Below are positions 43,433-53,246 of a stretch of 64,000 nt of DNA, in pieces. Each line of letters begins with the position of its first letter. Position 1 is the first letter of the stretch. Both the position numbers and the translations under genes were made by a program. Source of the stretch: Patescibacteria group bacterium (GTDB taxonomy: Bacteria; Patescibacteriota; Patescibacteriia; UBA9934; GWF2-40-263). The stretch lies in NCBI GenBank assembly GCA_041661745.1, contig JBAZTR010000004.1:12961-76960 (forward strand). Reading direction: 5' to 3'. Under the pieces are notes generated by a model. It did not search any database and was not told the origin of the DNA. It saw only the letters and a program-made list of their open reading frames with translations.

Positions 43433-44518
43433 ATGGATTTACACAAATCGTTGCAAGACAAAAGACAGGAACAAAAAACCCTCGAAAACAAATTAATTGA
43501 TTCGAACACTCTTGGCGATCCTAAAAAATTACGGGAAATCAACGAAGCTTTTGCCGCGATTTCAGAAATTGTCGAACTGGGCGAGGCTTGGGAAAAAATC
43601 GTTACCGAACTTGAGGGGGCAAAAGCAACTTTGTCCGAAGCAAATGATTTGGAACTCCGGGCCATGGCCGAACAAGAAATTACAAAACTCGAGGCAGATT
43701 TACCGAAACTTGAAGAAGCTTTCACTTTGGCTCTGGTACCACCCGATCCGCTCGACAAAAAAAATATTGTCGTGGAAATTCGCGCCGGGGCTGGGGGTGA
43801 CGAATCAGCTTTATTTGCCTCGGAACTTTTTCGCATGTATTCACGCTACGCCGAACGACAGAGTTGGAAAACAAGTATTGTTTCACAATCGCAAAACGAT
43901 CTTGGTGGTTTTAAAGAAATTATCTTTGAAATCGTCGGTAAAAACGTTTTCAGTAAATTGAAATATGAAAGTGGTGTGCATCGCGTCCAGCGTGTGCCGG
44001 AAACAGAAAAGGCCGGTCGCGTTCACACCTCAACTGTAACTGTCGCGGTTCTGCCCGAAGCCGAAGAAGTTGATTTATACATTGATCCAAAAGACTTGCG
44101 AATCGATACCATGACCGCCGGCGGCCATGGCGGACAAAGCGTTAACACTACTTATTCGGCCGTGCGCTTGGTACATATTCCGACTGGTTTAATTGTTCAG
44201 TGTCAGGACGAACGCAGCCAATCGCAAAACAAAGAAAAGGCCATGGCGGTTTTACGCTCAAGATTGTTCGCAATAAAACAAGAGGAAGAAAAGGCTAAAC
44301 GCGAATCCGCCCGTCGCGGCCAAATCGGCACTGGCGGCCGCAGTGAGAAAATTCGCACCTATAACTTCCCTCAAGACCGCGTTACTGATCATCGCATTCG
44401 CCAAAGCTACCACAGCTTACCCGGTATCATGGACGGCGACATTGAAAAGATTATCTCTGACCTAAAAACTGCGGAATTGAATAATGCCTTCGTAGAAAAC
44501 ACCGACGACGAGGAATAA
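43433..44518 (+). CDS. prfA: Peptide chain release factor 1
   Basis: GGQSVNTT (GGQ motif), RVPETEK (PxT tripeptide region). 361 aa. Confidence 0.9.
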   Translation: MDLHKSLQDKRQEQKTLENKLIDSNTLGDPKKLREINEAFAAISEIVELGEAWEKIVTELEGAKATLSEANDLELRAMAEQEITKLEADLPKLEEAFTLALVPPDPLDKKNIVVEIRAGAGGDESALFASELFRMYSRYAERQSWKTSIVSQSQNDLGGFKEIIFEIVGKNVFSKLKYESGVHRVQRVPETEKAGRVHTSTVTVAVLPEAEEVDLYIDPKDLRIDTMTAGGHGGQSVNTTYSAVRLVHIPTGLIVQCQDERSQSQNKEKAMAVLRSRLFAIKQEEEKAKRESARRGQIGTGGRSEKIRTYNFPQDRVTDHRIRQSYHSLPGIMDGDIEKIISDLKTAELNNAFVENTDDEE

Positions 44519-45492
44519 AGGCCCAACAAACTCCCCCTCTTGACAAAGATGGGGTGTTTTATTAATCTTTTCCTTGCCCTTGTCGAAAAGCAGCTTCGCT
44601 GTCAAAGACCTTGGGCACATCCCACACGAGCCGTTCTTCTATGGAGGAAGCCGCGAATCCCGTGAAGCGCCTTCGCAGGGCCACGATACGAGCAACGTCG
44701 CGTTAGCGACACCACTCGTCCCTCGTACGGGAAAACCTAACTCATCGGCCCGACCACCGCTTCCTGCGCGCCGTCTCCTCACAGAGACGAGCGCGCCTTT
44801 TTTATTTATCCACAGTTATCCGCATCTAGCCATTGACGCCTTTTAAAGCAAAGAGTATTCTAGACAATACCGTCGCAGAAAGGCACGGAACGAAAAAGCT
44901 CAAGGCTTAAATGCCAACCATGTCGCATCTTCGGATGCGCCCACGGCGAGCCAATCGTCCATGACCTCACACGCGACAGTGTCCCTGTTCGCTTTCGAGC
45001 TCCGTTGGGGCTCACTCAGTGGTGAAATATCGGCCATAAGGTCCTCGGACCGATCTGGCGAACCCTCTACCAAGAGGTGGAAAGCACCGCTAAGCGATCA
45101 GCCTGTCCAAAAACATGATCCGATGCTCGATCGATAAGATCACTTCAAATCGACACATGCCGAAAAGGGCAACGTGAGGGAGACCTTACCAAACCCAAAT
45201 CGTGCATAACGAGCTAAGAAAGATGGGTGGTACATAACCAAAACCACCAAGAAGACAGGAGAGAAAAACGGGGTTGCGCGACGAATGCGATCAAAAACCA
45301 AGAACGAAAAGTTCCGAGATCAAAAACAGATTACTCCCAAAACGACTTCGGTCGTTCTAAGAGAACACCTGGACGAAATCTCGCCACTAATCACTTGGCC
45401 AAGATTGCCTCTTCGCCGCGCACCCCCGTCCTCTGGACCTTCTCTCCGCGACCTCAGGGTACTCCCCGAGGTCGTTATTTTTATAAGTAATC

Positions 45493-45521
45493 TTGACAGA
45501 AAGTCGCGGCTTGTATAGAAT
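45493..45521 (+). promoter_or_regulatory. Strong sigma70-like promoter ttgaca-N17-tagaat driving the tRNA-like gene
   Basis: ttgaca at 45493..45498 and tagaat at 45516..45521, about 10 nt upstream of the tRNA-like 5' end. Confidence 0.6.
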
Positions 45522-45531
45522 GCGGCCGTGA

Positions 45532-45628
45532 GGAGGCTTAGCTCAGTGGTAGAGCACGAGCTGATAGGAATCAGGGCCCTTGCCTGGTTACTAGCCCGTG
45601 GCCACAGGTTCGATTCCTGTAGCCCCCA
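45532..45628 (+). tRNA. Atypical tRNA-like gene (97 nt); anticodon region about 25 nt too long (possible intron or pseudo-tRNA)
   Basis: Acceptor GGAGGCT / AGCCCCC (one A·C mismatch). Canonical D-arm GCTCAGTGGTAGAGC. Canonical T-arm ACAGG-TTCGATT-CCTGT and a 5-nt variable loop. The anticodon stem CGAGC/GCCCG encloses 32 nt instead of 7. Confidence 0.4.
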
Positions 45629-46105
45629 CTCTTTAAAACACAGCGCCCAACGTCGCCCTGCAACCACCGGGCGGGAAACAAGACGACGTTGTCGAGAATT
45701 GGTTCGGTGGCTCTCACCCTCCCTCCGAAGAGCCACCCAAAGCCAGGGTTCTCGAAAAGAACGACCACGCTGAAGGGCCGCCGGCGAAATCGTTCTTGGC
45801 GCAACCTCTCGCTCGCTTGGGTGAGCGGATAATGGAAGGCTTTTCTTGGAGAAGCGCTGTCTCAGTACAGTGTCACACCGACACCCGCTTCTCTGTCTTC
45901 CTGTCTGTTCACCCGAGCGGTGCTTATTGCGCTGTCAGCAATGTTCAGCGCAGCCCGTGTGGCCGCCCGAAATAGGAAAACGGGTGTTGGGACACTCCCG
46001 TCCCCAAGTTCCAACACTCTCCCCCCGCCTGCTTCGGGCGACCCGCTTCCCGCACCTCACCTCTCGTGGCGTGCGGTTTTTATTTATGATAATGTTAGGC
46101 AAGAT

Positions 46106-47017
46106 ATGACAGTAGTCGAGGTCTTAAAATGGGCCAGCGAAAAATTAAAGAACGAAGTTAAAGACGCGTCTGATTCATCCATGCTCGACGCGCAGGTTTT
46201 GTTGGCCGCGGTTTTAGATGTCCCCACCTCGTGGCTGTTCACTCATTTTGATAAAACTTTGGAAGAAAAAGATTTGGATATTTTTAGGCAAATGATTAAG
46301 CGGCGGTTGGCTAACGAACCGATTGCTTACATTACCGGCGAAAAAGAATTTTATAAAAGAAATTTCTTTGTTAATTCTTCTACGCTGATTCCCCGCCCGG
46401 CCACAGAGACTTTGGTGGAAGCGGCAATAAAAATTGCTCACGAAGAAACCGGCCAAGTTTTGTTTGCCGATATTGGCACGGGCAGCGGAGCGATTGCCAT
46501 TACCTTGGCCGCGGAAACCGGTTTACCGGTCATTGCTTCAGACATAAGTTCACCAGCCCTGTTGGTGGCGCAAAAAAACGCCGAAGCTAACAAGGTGGCT
46601 GAACTGGTTGATTTACGCCAAGGCGACTTATTGGAACCGCTTGTAAAAATCTTCCAAGCCGTCAAAAAAACTAATCCTGAACCGATTTGCGAACATTTAA
46701 TTGTTTGTGCCAATCTTCCCTATCTTACAGCCAAACAGTGGGCTAACACGGCGCTTGATGTGCGCGAATACGAACCAAAATCAGCCCTAGAGGCCGGGGT
46801 TGATGGACTTGATTTGTATTGGCGTTTAATTCGTGAAATAAAACAGCGCCGCGACCTCTTCCCTGTTCGACTCACTCTTTTATTAGAAATTGATCCTGAT
46901 CAAAAACAAAAAATCGCGTCTTTAATTAAACGCGATTTTCCGCTTTCTAATATTATTGTTTTACGCGATTTGGATGATTTTGATCGAATAGCCGTAGCCA
47001 ACCTTAATGCCCTTTAG
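46106..47017 (+). CDS. prmC: Release-factor glutamine N5-methyltransferase PrmC/HemK
   Basis: SAM-binding DIGTGSGAIAI and catalytic NLPY (NPPY-type) motif. The track ORF 45920..47017 is extended upstream into the island, so Met at 46106 is preferred. Confidence 0.8.
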   Translation: MTVVEVLKWASEKLKNEVKDASDSSMLDAQVLLAAVLDVPTSWLFTHFDKTLEEKDLDIFRQMIKRRLANEPIAYITGEKEFYKRNFFVNSSTLIPRPATETLVEAAIKIAHEETGQVLFADIGTGSGAIAITLAAETGLPVIASDISSPALLVAQKNAEANKVAELVDLRQGDLLEPLVKIFQAVKKTNPEPICEHLIVCANLPYLTAKQWANTALDVREYEPKSALEAGVDGLDLYWRLIREIKQRRDLFPVRLTLLLEIDPDQKQKIASLIKRDFPLSNIIVLRDLDDFDRIAVANLNAL

Positions 47018-48078
47018 CGCCCGGATGCCACTGTCGAAACCACTTCAATCCACGTCTTCCCAGTATTCCAACCAATTTCCTTTCCATCCTCGGCATAGAA
47101 CCGCAGACGCTCGTCGGCGGATTCTTTTTTCCAAACCGCATTGATTTTTCGACCGTCTTGTACAATTACCGCCTCGCCCTGGCCAACGGTTTCTAGTTCC
47201 AAACGTCCGATACTATCAACAACGGAAACCGGAGTGTAAACCACAGCGACGTTATCAGCCAAAATAGAATCACCGTCTTCAGACTTTACCTCTGCCCCGC
47301 TCTGCCAACGGATATAATTGTTGGTGGTCGCGTCGTAACGCCACTCGGTTTTATAAGTCAAACCATTTTCAATAATCAAATCAGAATCAGCAGGAGTTTC
47401 GACCGGACTATCATCTTTAAAATTCCAAAGGCTGTAAGTTGGCGCGTAAATTTCTCGAGTGGCCGTGGTTGAAACCGCGGCCGAAGTTAACAATTCGGTG
47501 GAGGTGTAAACATTGTGCGGCGCGTATCGGCTAGGCGAACGCCAAAAATATTTTCCATTCCAAAACTCATTTAAGTCCAAAAGGTCGCCGGCACTAAGTA
47601 ATTCAAGAGCCGCGGGCGAACCGCCGCAGTGGGCGTAAAGTGCGTCTAATTCAGCGGCCCAATCCAAATAATACGGACGAGCCGAACGAACCGGGCCGAT
47701 TTTTTCTGCTGTCTGACCATCGTAAAAGAAAGTAATCAAACGAGGAATATTGGCCTCAACCGGTGCCTCGATTACCAAAAAGGCGTCTTCCACGCCAGAA
47801 AGTGGCCAAGCATCGGCCGAATTTTCCACCATAACTCCAAACACTTGCGGCCGGACTGTTTCGCCTTCAGTTTTTTCGCCGGTCAATGGATGGCGAAACA
47901 AAAGATTTTCCACCACTTGTTCAGGACTTTTTTCCGGCAGCCACATTACTCTAAAAGCATAAGCAATAAGCAGAAGACACAGAAAAAATACTCCCAACGT
48001 ATATTGCCACCAATATTTTTGCCAATGTTTGTTGGTTTTTAAAAGTAATTCTTTAACTTTTTTAATTTTTTCGTTCAT
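47014..48078 (-). CDS. DUF3048 domain-containing protein (YerB-like), membrane-anchored
   Basis: N-terminal TM, then RPQVFGVMVENSADAWPLSGVEDAFLVIEAPVEANIPRLITFF, which matches the DUF3048 N-domain signature. 354 aa. Confidence 0.6.
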   Translation of the reverse strand: MNEKIKKVKELLLKTNKHWQKYWWQYTLGVFFLCLLLIAYAFRVMWLPEKSPEQVVENLLFRHPLTGEKTEGETVRPQVFGVMVENSADAWPLSGVEDAFLVIEAPVEANIPRLITFFYDGQTAEKIGPVRSARPYYLDWAAELDALYAHCGGSPAALELLSAGDLLDLNEFWNGKYFWRSPSRYAPHNVYTSTELLTSAAVSTTATREIYAPTYSLWNFKDDSPVETPADSDLIIENGLTYKTEWRYDATTNNYIRWQSGAEVKSEDGDSILADNVAVVYTPVSVVDSIGRLELETVGQGEAVIVQDGRKINAVWKKESADERLRFYAEDGKEIGWNTGKTWIEVVSTVASGR

Positions 48079-48135
48079 AACTGCCTTATTATATCACAAA
48101 AGCGGAGACCGTGCTCCGCTTTGTTTTTTGAATAA

Positions 48136-48855
48136 TTACTTCTTTTCGTTGGTCTTCTTTTCACCAGCTTTCTTTTCTTCGGCTGGAGCAGCCGCTTCCT
48201 CACCTTCAGCTTCATCGCCTTCCTTCTTCTCCTTCTTTTCAACCTCAACCGCGGTAACATCGCCTTCAACCGCCTTATCCAACTCAGCCAATTCAGCTTC
48301 AGAGCGCGGCGGAGCCACGACAGCAATAGTGTCGTTTAGGTCATCAACCAAGGTAATACCGGCCGGCAGAATCAAATCAGAAATTTTAACGGCGTCCTCG
48401 AAGGTTTTTAATTTGGTGACATCAACATCAATACTGTGAACCAAAGCGGTTGGCAAAGCGCGAACCTCGATTTCCACAAGAGCGTGGACCATAGTTCCGC
48501 CAAGTTCCTTAACAGCCGGAGCCTCGCCAATAAAGTTGAGTTTAATGTTGGCAGTAATTTCCTTGGTTAAGTCCACGGCGCGAAAATCGACGTGAATGGT
48601 TTCCAAGGTTAAAGGATCAAATTGAAGATCTTGAATAAGAACCTTTACTGGTTGATCACCATTTACGGTTAAATCAACCAAAGTGCTTTCACCGGCTTCG
48701 TTAAAAGCCACAGTCAAGGCGCGACGGTCAACGGCAACATTTTTTGGTTGGATGTTGGAACCATAAACCACGGCCGGAACTAAACCAGCGGCGCGATTCT
48801 TCCAATTATCTCGACCAATAGCTTCTCTTTTTTCGGCGGAAAGGGTAATAGGCAT
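48136..48855 (-). CDS. rplY: 50S ribosomal protein L25 / general stress protein Ctc form with acidic/Lys-rich tail
   Basis: MPITLSAEKREAIGRDNWKNRAAGLVPAVVYG… L25 N-domain plus beta-barrel C-domain. The track ORF start at 48912 is re-set to 48855. Confidence 0.8.
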   Translation of the reverse strand: MPITLSAEKREAIGRDNWKNRAAGLVPAVVYGSNIQPKNVAVDRRALTVAFNEAGESTLVDLTVNGDQPVKVLIQDLQFDPLTLETIHVDFRAVDLTKEITANIKLNFIGEAPAVKELGGTMVHALVEIEVRALPTALVHSIDVDVTKLKTFEDAVKISDLILPAGITLVDDLNDTIAVVAPPRSEAELAELDKAVEGDVTAVEVEKKEKKEGDEAEGEEAAAPAEEKKAGEKKTNEKK

Positions 48856-48908
48856 AAACGATGAATCTAAACTTAACGGCAGTATTGTGCAAAATAAACG
48901 GACAATTG

Positions 48909-50045
48909 TCAAGTTTTGCCGCGGTCCTTACCTAAGATTTGGGTTTTGACAGTGACATCATGAACCGTGGCACTCTCAGCAAGCCCCAGTAAAACCAAGG
49001 AAACAATCAAAGCACTTCCACCATAACTCACAAAAGGCAAGGCAATGCCGGTCACCGGCATTATACCAAGGTTCATTCCAACGTTGACCAAAAAGGAAAG
49101 CAAAAACAAAGCAGCCGTGCCAATAAACAAAAAGGCCGTAAAATCATCACGAGTCAATGAGGCGCTTCTAAAAAGACGGCGGATCAATACAAAAAAGGCC
49201 CCGAACAGTAAAAGAGTCCCAAAAAAACCAAACTCTTCGGCAATAACGGCGTAAATGAAATCAGTCTGGCTTTCCGGGACAAAACGCAATTGACTTTGCG
49301 AACCAAAACCCAAACCACGGCCAAACAGACCGCCGGAGCCAATGGCAATAATCGCTTGTCGAACATTATAACCTTCGCCCATTGGATCAAGGGCGGGGTT
49401 TAAAAAAGAAATCAGTCGAGCTTTTTGATAATCGGCAAAAACGAAAAACCAAGCTAACGAAGAGGTTAAACCGGCCGCAATACTCAGCACTAAAAAATGT
49501 TTGAATCTTAAACCGGCAAAAAATAACATAATTGCCCAAGCGCCGAGCAAAAGCAAAGCCGAACCCAAATCGGGTTGAAGTAAAACCAAAAAAACCGGAA
49601 AGCCAACAATCGCCGCACTGAAAAAAAGATGTCGCCAAGTAAAATCACCGTGTCGATAATCGGAAAAATATCTGGCCAAAGCCACGATTACCCCAAGTTT
49701 GGCTAATTCAACCGGTTGAAAATGAAAACCAAAAACAGAAAACCAGCCGGTCGTACCGCGAATGGTTTCACCAAAAAAAAGAACAAGCAGTAGCAGCCCG
49801 CACGAACCCAAATAAAGCGGCAAAGAAAAACTTTTGGCCCAACGGTAATTAGACCGAATAATTAAGAAGACTAAAACTAAACCGATTAACAAAGCTACGA
49901 GTTGTTTTTTAATTAACAAAAAACCCGAATCACCCTGTGACCAGGCCATGGAATAAAGCGCGGAAAAACCAAAAGCAATTAAAATAAGAGCGGCCGAAAA
50001 TCTGGGCCAATCAATCCTCCCTACGGCCGCGAAAAAGTGGCGCAT
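48909..50045 (-). CDS. SEDS-family peptidoglycan polymerase (RodA/FtsW)
   Basis: 10-TM protein with C-terminal GIMPVTGIALPFVSYGGSALI, the SEDS signature. 378 aa. Confidence 0.85.
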   Translation of the reverse strand: MRHFFAAVGRIDWPRFSAALILIAFGFSALYSMAWSQGDSGFLLIKKQLVALLIGLVLVFLIIRSNYRWAKSFSLPLYLGSCGLLLLVLFFGETIRGTTGWFSVFGFHFQPVELAKLGVIVALARYFSDYRHGDFTWRHLFFSAAIVGFPVFLVLLQPDLGSALLLLGAWAIMLFFAGLRFKHFLVLSIAAGLTSSLAWFFVFADYQKARLISFLNPALDPMGEGYNVRQAIIAIGSGGLFGRGLGFGSQSQLRFVPESQTDFIYAVIAEEFGFFGTLLLFGAFFVLIRRLFRSASLTRDDFTAFLFIGTAALFLLSFLVNVGMNLGIMPVTGIALPFVSYGGSALIVSLVLLGLAESATVHDVTVKTQILGKDRGKT

Positions 50046-50050
50046 AAGAA

Positions 50051-50980
50051 TTACCGAGTTTCTATTTCTGTTCTAACATCACCGGATTGAATGCCTTTAA
50101 GGGAAGAATAAACTTGGGGATCGAAAAAATTTGTTTCCTGGACCACCTCAACTTGGGAAACGGCCGGTACTGCACCAATCCAACGGCCAGACAAAGTTCT
50201 TTCTTCGCCACTCGCTAAACCAGAAGTGGTTATTCGCATTAAACCACCAAGCGTACTGCCACGCCACAACATGACTAAAAAACTTGGTTGCCAATAACTA
50301 TAAGCCGTGTTGTTTTTAACTGAAAAAGAAACTGTTGGCGAGGTTACGTCATCACCGCGGTTAAAAGTCTGGTCGTTTATTTGTATAGCATGCTCAGATA
50401 GCCAGGCCGGGTAATCGGCAACACTACGGGAATCAACACGGTGCCATTCAATCTGCCGTAAAACCAAATCAGCCGCGGCTGGCCGCGTTCCAGAGGCTTT
50501 AAAGGTAATAAGCGGCCGCGACTCGCCGGGCAAAACAAAACCTTCGGCTTCGGCTGTTTCCCCACCTTGAAATTTAAAAGCGTATTTAAAAGTCGCGTAC
50601 CAATCGGAATTATTATTGGTTACTTTGGCATACAAATCGTAATTCTTGTCATCACCCGAAGCAACGGCCACCGCCTCGCTGACCGATAATGGATCAGCGG
50701 CCACGGAAAGAGAAAAATTTCTGAGTTCGGTTTGTCCCGAAACCGCCAGGGCGGCCACGGCTTGGCTTTCTTCGGCGCGCGAAATAACGTAAGCATCCAA
50801 AAAAAGCCAACCGGCAAAACAAATTAAAACCGCGTCAAAGGCCATAAACAACCCCAGCCCAATTTTTTTTAACAAAACCTCGTGCTCGAGCCACCAAACC
50901 TCGCGCTTATAAAATGTTTGAAATTGTTTTTCCTCTGGTTTTAAAAAACCTTGATTGTTTCCATTGTCCATAGCCGTCAT
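50051..50980 (-). CDS. Membrane-anchored hypothetical protein
   Basis: Single N-terminal TM. 309 aa. No recognisable domain. Confidence 0.4.
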   Translation of the reverse strand: MTAMDNGNNQGFLKPEEKQFQTFYKREVWWLEHEVLLKKIGLGLFMAFDAVLICFAGWLFLDAYVISRAEESQAVAALAVSGQTELRNFSLSVAADPLSVSEAVAVASGDDKNYDLYAKVTNNNSDWYATFKYAFKFQGGETAEAEGFVLPGESRPLITFKASGTRPAAADLVLRQIEWHRVDSRSVADYPAWLSEHAIQINDQTFNRGDDVTSPTVSFSVKNNTAYSYWQPSFLVMLWRGSTLGGLMRITTSGLASGEERTLSGRWIGAVPAVSQVEVVQETNFFDPQVYSSLKGIQSGDVRTEIETR

Positions 50981-51094
50981 AAAGTATAGCAGAAATAAGC
51001 CAAAAAAAGGAGTGGAAAAGTCATTATTTCCCCCTTCCCTTTTGGGGGTAAATATGCTATTCTATTGGCATCGTTTTGAGTCTTATTTTTATTT

Positions 51095-53146
51095 ATGGCA
51101 TCAGCAAAAGAAGAGAAAAAATCCGAGTATGGGGCGAAACAGATCACGGTTTTGGAAGGTCTTGAACCGGTCCGAAAACGCCCGGGCATGTACATTGGTT
51201 CCACTGGTCCGTCCGGTTTACACCACCTTATTTGGGAGGTCATGGACAACTCGTTCGACGAAGCCATGGCCGGCTTTGGTGATCGGATTGTCTTAACCTT
51301 AAATCCCGATGGCTCGATTTCTGTTGAAGATAACGGTCGTGGTATTCCAGTTGACATTCACCCACAATATAAAAAATCAGCTTTGGAGTTGGTTTTAACC
51401 AAACTGCACGCCGGCGGTAAATTCGGCGGTGGCGGTTATAAAGTTTCCGGCGGTTTGCACGGCGTTGGTGTTTCCGTAGTCAATGCCCTTTCTGATGATT
51501 TAAAGGCCGAGGTTAAACGCGATGGCAAACTTTGGATGCAAGAATATTCGCACGGCATTCCCCGCAACAAAGTTCAGTCTATTGGTTCAGCCCGCGGCAC
51601 TGGCACCACCATAACTTTTAAACCAGATCCGACAATTTTTGAAACCGTTGAATTCAATTTCAAAACCATTATCGACCACCTGCGACAACAGGCTTATTTA
51701 ACAAAAGGCATTCACCTGGTTCTGCATGACAAGCGTAAAAAAGGGGCCGAGACTTCATTCGCTTTTTATTTCGAAGGTGGTGTTGCCTCTTACGTCGCTC
51801 ATATCAACCACGGTAAAACCACCAAACATCCAAACATTTTTTATGTTTCTAAACACAGCGAGGAAAACGATTTGGATGTCGAGGTCTCTGTACAATACAC
51901 CGAGGAATACCACGAATCGGTTTTCTGTTTTGCCAACAACATTTATAACCCAGAAGGCGGCATGCACTTGGTTGGTTTTCGCTCGGCTCTAACTCGCGAA
52001 CTAAACAACTACGCCCGTAGCAAGGGTTTTATTAAAGAAAAAGATACCAATTTAACCGGCGACGACGTCCGTGAAGGTTTAACCTCGGTTATTAGTATTA
52101 AATTGCGTGATCCGCAGTTTGAGGGCCAAACCAAGGCCAAACTCGGCAACCCTGAGGCTCGTACGGCGGTTGAGGCTATTTTTGGCGAAGCTTTCCGTAT
52201 TTATTTGGAAGAACATCCAGCCGACGCTGAAGCAATCATTGGCAAATGCGTTTTGTCAGCCCAGGCCCGCGCTGCCGCTCGCGCCGCCCGTGAAACCGTG
52301 TTGCGTAAGGGTGTTCTCGAAGGCTTAACCTTACCGGGCAAATTGTCCGACTGCTCATCTAAAGATCCGGATCGTTCTGAAATATTTATTGTTGAGGGCG
52401 ACTCAGCCGGCGGCAGCGCCAAGCAAGGTCGTGATCGCGAAACACAAGCTATTCTGCCTTTACGCGGAAAAATCTTAAACGTGGAACGCGCCCGGCTCGA
52501 CAAGATGTTGGTTAATAACGAAATCAAATCATTAATCATTGCTCTTGGCACCAACATTGGCGAAGCTTTTGACATCTCGTCTCTTCGTTACAAACGTATT
52601 ATCATCATGACTGATGCTGACGTTGACGGCGCCCATATTCGCACTCTACTTTTAACTTTATTCTATCGCCACTTCCCCGAATTGGTTAAACAAGGTCATG
52701 TTTATATTGCCAAACCACCGCTCTTCCGCGTTCAAGTTGGTAAAAATGTTAAATGGGCTTTTACTGAAGAAGAAAAAGTAGCGGCCGTCAAAGAAATGGC
52801 CGGTGGCAAAGAGGCGGTGATTGAGGAAACTGATTTGGAAAAAGATGAGGTGGTTGAAGAGGCTGGAGATACTGAAGGGACTGAGGAGACTGGAGAGACT
52901 GAGGCAGAAACCAAAACAAAAGGCCCGCGAGTTATTATTCAGCGCTACAAAGGTCTTGGTGAAATGAACCCAGAGCAACTTTGGGAAACTACCATGGACC
53001 CGGAAACTCGGGTTATGAAACAAATCACTATTGAAGACGCCGAGCAAGCCGATGAAATGTTCGATGTCTTGATGGGCTCGGATGTTGCTCCACGCAAACG
53101 CTTTATTCAGACACACGCCAAGAATGTTCAGAACTTGGATATCTAA
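51095..53146 (+). CDS. gyrB: DNA gyrase subunit B
   Basis: GHKL ATPase N-domain (GLHHLIWEVMDNSFDE), Toprim EGDSAGG, and the C-terminal QRYKGLGEM motif. 683 aa. Confidence 0.95.
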   Translation: MASAKEEKKSEYGAKQITVLEGLEPVRKRPGMYIGSTGPSGLHHLIWEVMDNSFDEAMAGFGDRIVLTLNPDGSISVEDNGRGIPVDIHPQYKKSALELVLTKLHAGGKFGGGGYKVSGGLHGVGVSVVNALSDDLKAEVKRDGKLWMQEYSHGIPRNKVQSIGSARGTGTTITFKPDPTIFETVEFNFKTIIDHLRQQAYLTKGIHLVLHDKRKKGAETSFAFYFEGGVASYVAHINHGKTTKHPNIFYVSKHSEENDLDVEVSVQYTEEYHESVFCFANNIYNPEGGMHLVGFRSALTRELNNYARSKGFIKEKDTNLTGDDVREGLTSVISIKLRDPQFEGQTKAKLGNPEARTAVEAIFGEAFRIYLEEHPADAEAIIGKCVLSAQARAAARAARETVLRKGVLEGLTLPGKLSDCSSKDPDRSEIFIVEGDSAGGSAKQGRDRETQAILPLRGKILNVERARLDKMLVNNEIKSLIIALGTNIGEAFDISSLRYKRIIIMTDADVDGAHIRTLLLTLFYRHFPELVKQGHVYIAKPPLFRVQVGKNVKWAFTEEEKVAAVKEMAGGKEAVIEETDLEKDEVVEEAGDTEGTEETGETEAETKTKGPRVIIQRYKGLGEMNPEQLWETTMDPETRVMKQITIEDAEQADEMFDVLMGSDVAPRKRFIQTHAKNVQNLDI

Positions 53147-53246
53147 TTGAAAATAAAAAACGGTCGCAACCAGCGGCCGTTTTTTTAAATTAAATTTTAT
53201 CTTCTGTAAGCACGTGATTAATTTCTTCAACATCTGTCATATTGTA

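Larger units (their letters stand above)
44520..46105. other. GC-rich 1.6-kb ORF-less island inserted between prfA and prmC
   Basis: No credible ORF. Promoter-like ttgaca-N17-taatct at about 44547 and ttgacg-N17-tattct at about 44836. Contains acgac-ttcg-gtcgt tetraloop hairpins and the tRNA-like gene. A terminator hairpin at about 46065–46095 precedes prmC. Confidence 0.5.

Noticed and set aside
45532-45628. tmRNA or ordinary tRNA
   Set aside because: No tmRNA 5' domain or resume codon region. As a tRNA it is 97 nt with an over-long anticodon region and two A·C stem mismatches. It is therefore reported only as an atypical tRNA-like gene, with low confidence.
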